A DNA stretch of 64,000 nucleotides from Lytechinus pictus (taxonomy: Eukaryota): positions 14,508,001 to 14,572,000 of the forward strand of contig NC_087257.1 in the NCBI RefSeq assembly GCF_037042905.1, written 5' to 3'. The position numbers were made by a program, and so were the translations under genes. How positions within the stretch are numbered: the first letter of the stretch is position 1; the number at the start of each line of letters is the position of its first letter. Below are positions 62,251-64,000 of the stretch, piece by piece. Under the pieces are notes generated by a model, which was given only the letters and a program-made list of their open reading frames with translations, was not told the DNA's origin and did no database searches.

Positions 62251-63682
62251 CATGCCTGATGCCAAAAACTACATTGTATGATTATTTAATAATGATCTTT
62301 GGAAATTAAAAACAAATCTTAAAGTTTTGCTCATGTCGTGCAGAGTAGACAGTAAAAGTTCATGATGAACGAATCAAATCAAACACATTGAAAATTATAA
62401 TAATTATAACCAATTTCATTATTACACAATATATTTGACTTACACATTGCCAAAAAAAAGAGTCACATTTCAATGTCAAGGTGATAGAATAAATGAAAGA
62501 ACACTCAGTACTGAGTATAGTACATAAATTACTTGGTAGAAAACCACACTTTCCCAAAACAGTCATAATATGAAATGGATATCATTCATGGTGAAAATGA
62601 GACAAGAATTTGAAAGAGTGAAGGTCTTCTCACAAAAATGGGGTAAAACTTTGTAGGCATATGTGGTATTTTCATAGCAGTATGATAAACTTTAATACAG
62701 ACAACCGTAATAAACACAAACGTTATGTTATTATGAAGTGCATATAAGATCCTTATGGGTATTACCAGTGATGAATTTGCAATGTGCAAGTTTCACTTAG
62801 CTTTGCAATCAATAAGAAATTCACTATTAACCAATCAAACTTGACTATTTCAGTAGCTTATAACAGTAATTTGAAACCTGCCATTGATAACAAGCTACAT
62901 GAAATGAGACCTGAATAGACTTTACTAGTTAAGTTAAGACAGAAAAGAGAAGTAATCACTATAGTAAATCATAACAAAATACAACTTATTGTCATGTTTA
63001 GCACAGGCATCTAGGTAATGTGAAATATTAAGTATTCAGGGGTGTGAGTGGTCACAAATAAAAAGATCTGGAAAAAGCTGAAGAGTGTTGAAAAAGTCTG
63101 AAATAGAAAGAGCTCCCATACTTTTTGTACAGAGAAAGGCCAAAAATAAGCTGAAATTAAGCTGAAAATCAAAAAAAAAAAATCTGAACTCTCACACCCC
63201 TGAGTATTTAAAGCAACGAGAAGACGATATATGTAGAGAAGGTGGTCTTTATAGACAGGCTCCTTCAAAAAGAAAGCTCTTTGTATTCAAAGAAACATAA
63301 TCTTTTCCAGCAGTAATTTTCATAAGTTATAGATAATTTAGTGGCCAATACCTCCACCCCCCCCCCCACAGAAGAAAGAGTAATTACAATACAATACATA
63401 ATTGCTTTCAATGGGGTGGGGCAAAGAAACAAATTCTATTTCATCATGCCTTTGTCTGAATTTACTTTTTGAAGGAAAGGGTGGGATAGGGAATGACTTG
63501 TTATTTTACACAACATCCCAAATGCTTTCTCAACATTTTACTCAACTCTCAGCTAAATAATTCACAATATCTGTCTAGTGGTGAATGATTACTAAGTGAT
63601 ATAAAATTTAGAAAATACAATGATGGGATGAGAAGAGACCTGGTTTTTTTTATATACATATCCTGGGAGAAATGTGGACATA

Positions 63683-63993
63683 GGCCCGTATTCTGAAGTC
63701 AGGTTTAACTTAAACTCAGGTTTAAAGTTGTGGTTTAAGTATGGACAGCCAATTGTTGCATAAATCACTAACAGTAGAGATATAATATTTCACCTCATTT
63801 GGCTCTCAGATCATTCATAATTGTGGAGGAAGTATAAATAGATGATTGTCTTCACCATCGATGAATCAGGAAAGAGCACAGTAAACATAAGAAACATACA
63901 ACTTATCAAAAATTTTGACACTTTTGGCTTCCCATAATTTTAGCACAGAGTTAGACCGTGGTCTAAGTTAAACTCGACTTCAGAATACGGGCC
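63683..63993. mobile_element. PIF/Harbinger-like MITE, same family as 3917-4237 (inverted)
   Basis: TIRs ggcccgtattctgaagtc / gacttcagaatacgggcc. The internal sequence is the reverse complement of the 3.9-kb copy. Confidence 0.88.
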
Positions 63994-64000
63994 ACAGTAT

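Noticed and set aside
61200-63600. AT-rich stretch that could be the 3'UTR of a minus-strand gene beyond the window
   Set aside because: Only a compositional impression; there is no coding exon in the window to anchor it.

Overview
AT-rich, repeat-dense eukaryotic (metazoan) genomic DNA with spliced genes. The repeat families and receptor type suggest a sea urchin, but this is inference and not proven. Genes read from the sequence: (1) the first coding exon of ARPC2 (Arp2/3 subunit p34) on the - strand at 2370-2443, which the ORF track misses; (2) a four-coding-exon cytochrome b561 family gene on the + strand (28002-31945, 256 aa, all four haem His present); (3) an uncharacterised coiled-coil gene of about 910-923 aa on the - strand (38822-42395, possibly starting with an 8-codon exon at 50696-50719), with a C-terminal SxIP motif and nearby RFX X-box/forkhead motifs; (4) a ~4 kb tandem duplication (about 51.7-59.6 kb) carrying a class A GPCR with an intronless coding region, one copy intact (346 aa) and one doubly frameshifted. 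The rest is largely non-autonomous DNA transposons/MITEs (several with clear TIRs and TSDs), tRNA-derived SINEs, two CR1/L2-group LINE remnants, a 37-bp G-rich minisatellite, microsatellites and an assembly gap. There is no CRISPR array or prokaryotic system. The best novelty candidates are the putative RFX-regulated, EB1-binding coiled-coil protein, a tRNA-like cassette flanked by inverted repeats, and the atypical GPCR pair.
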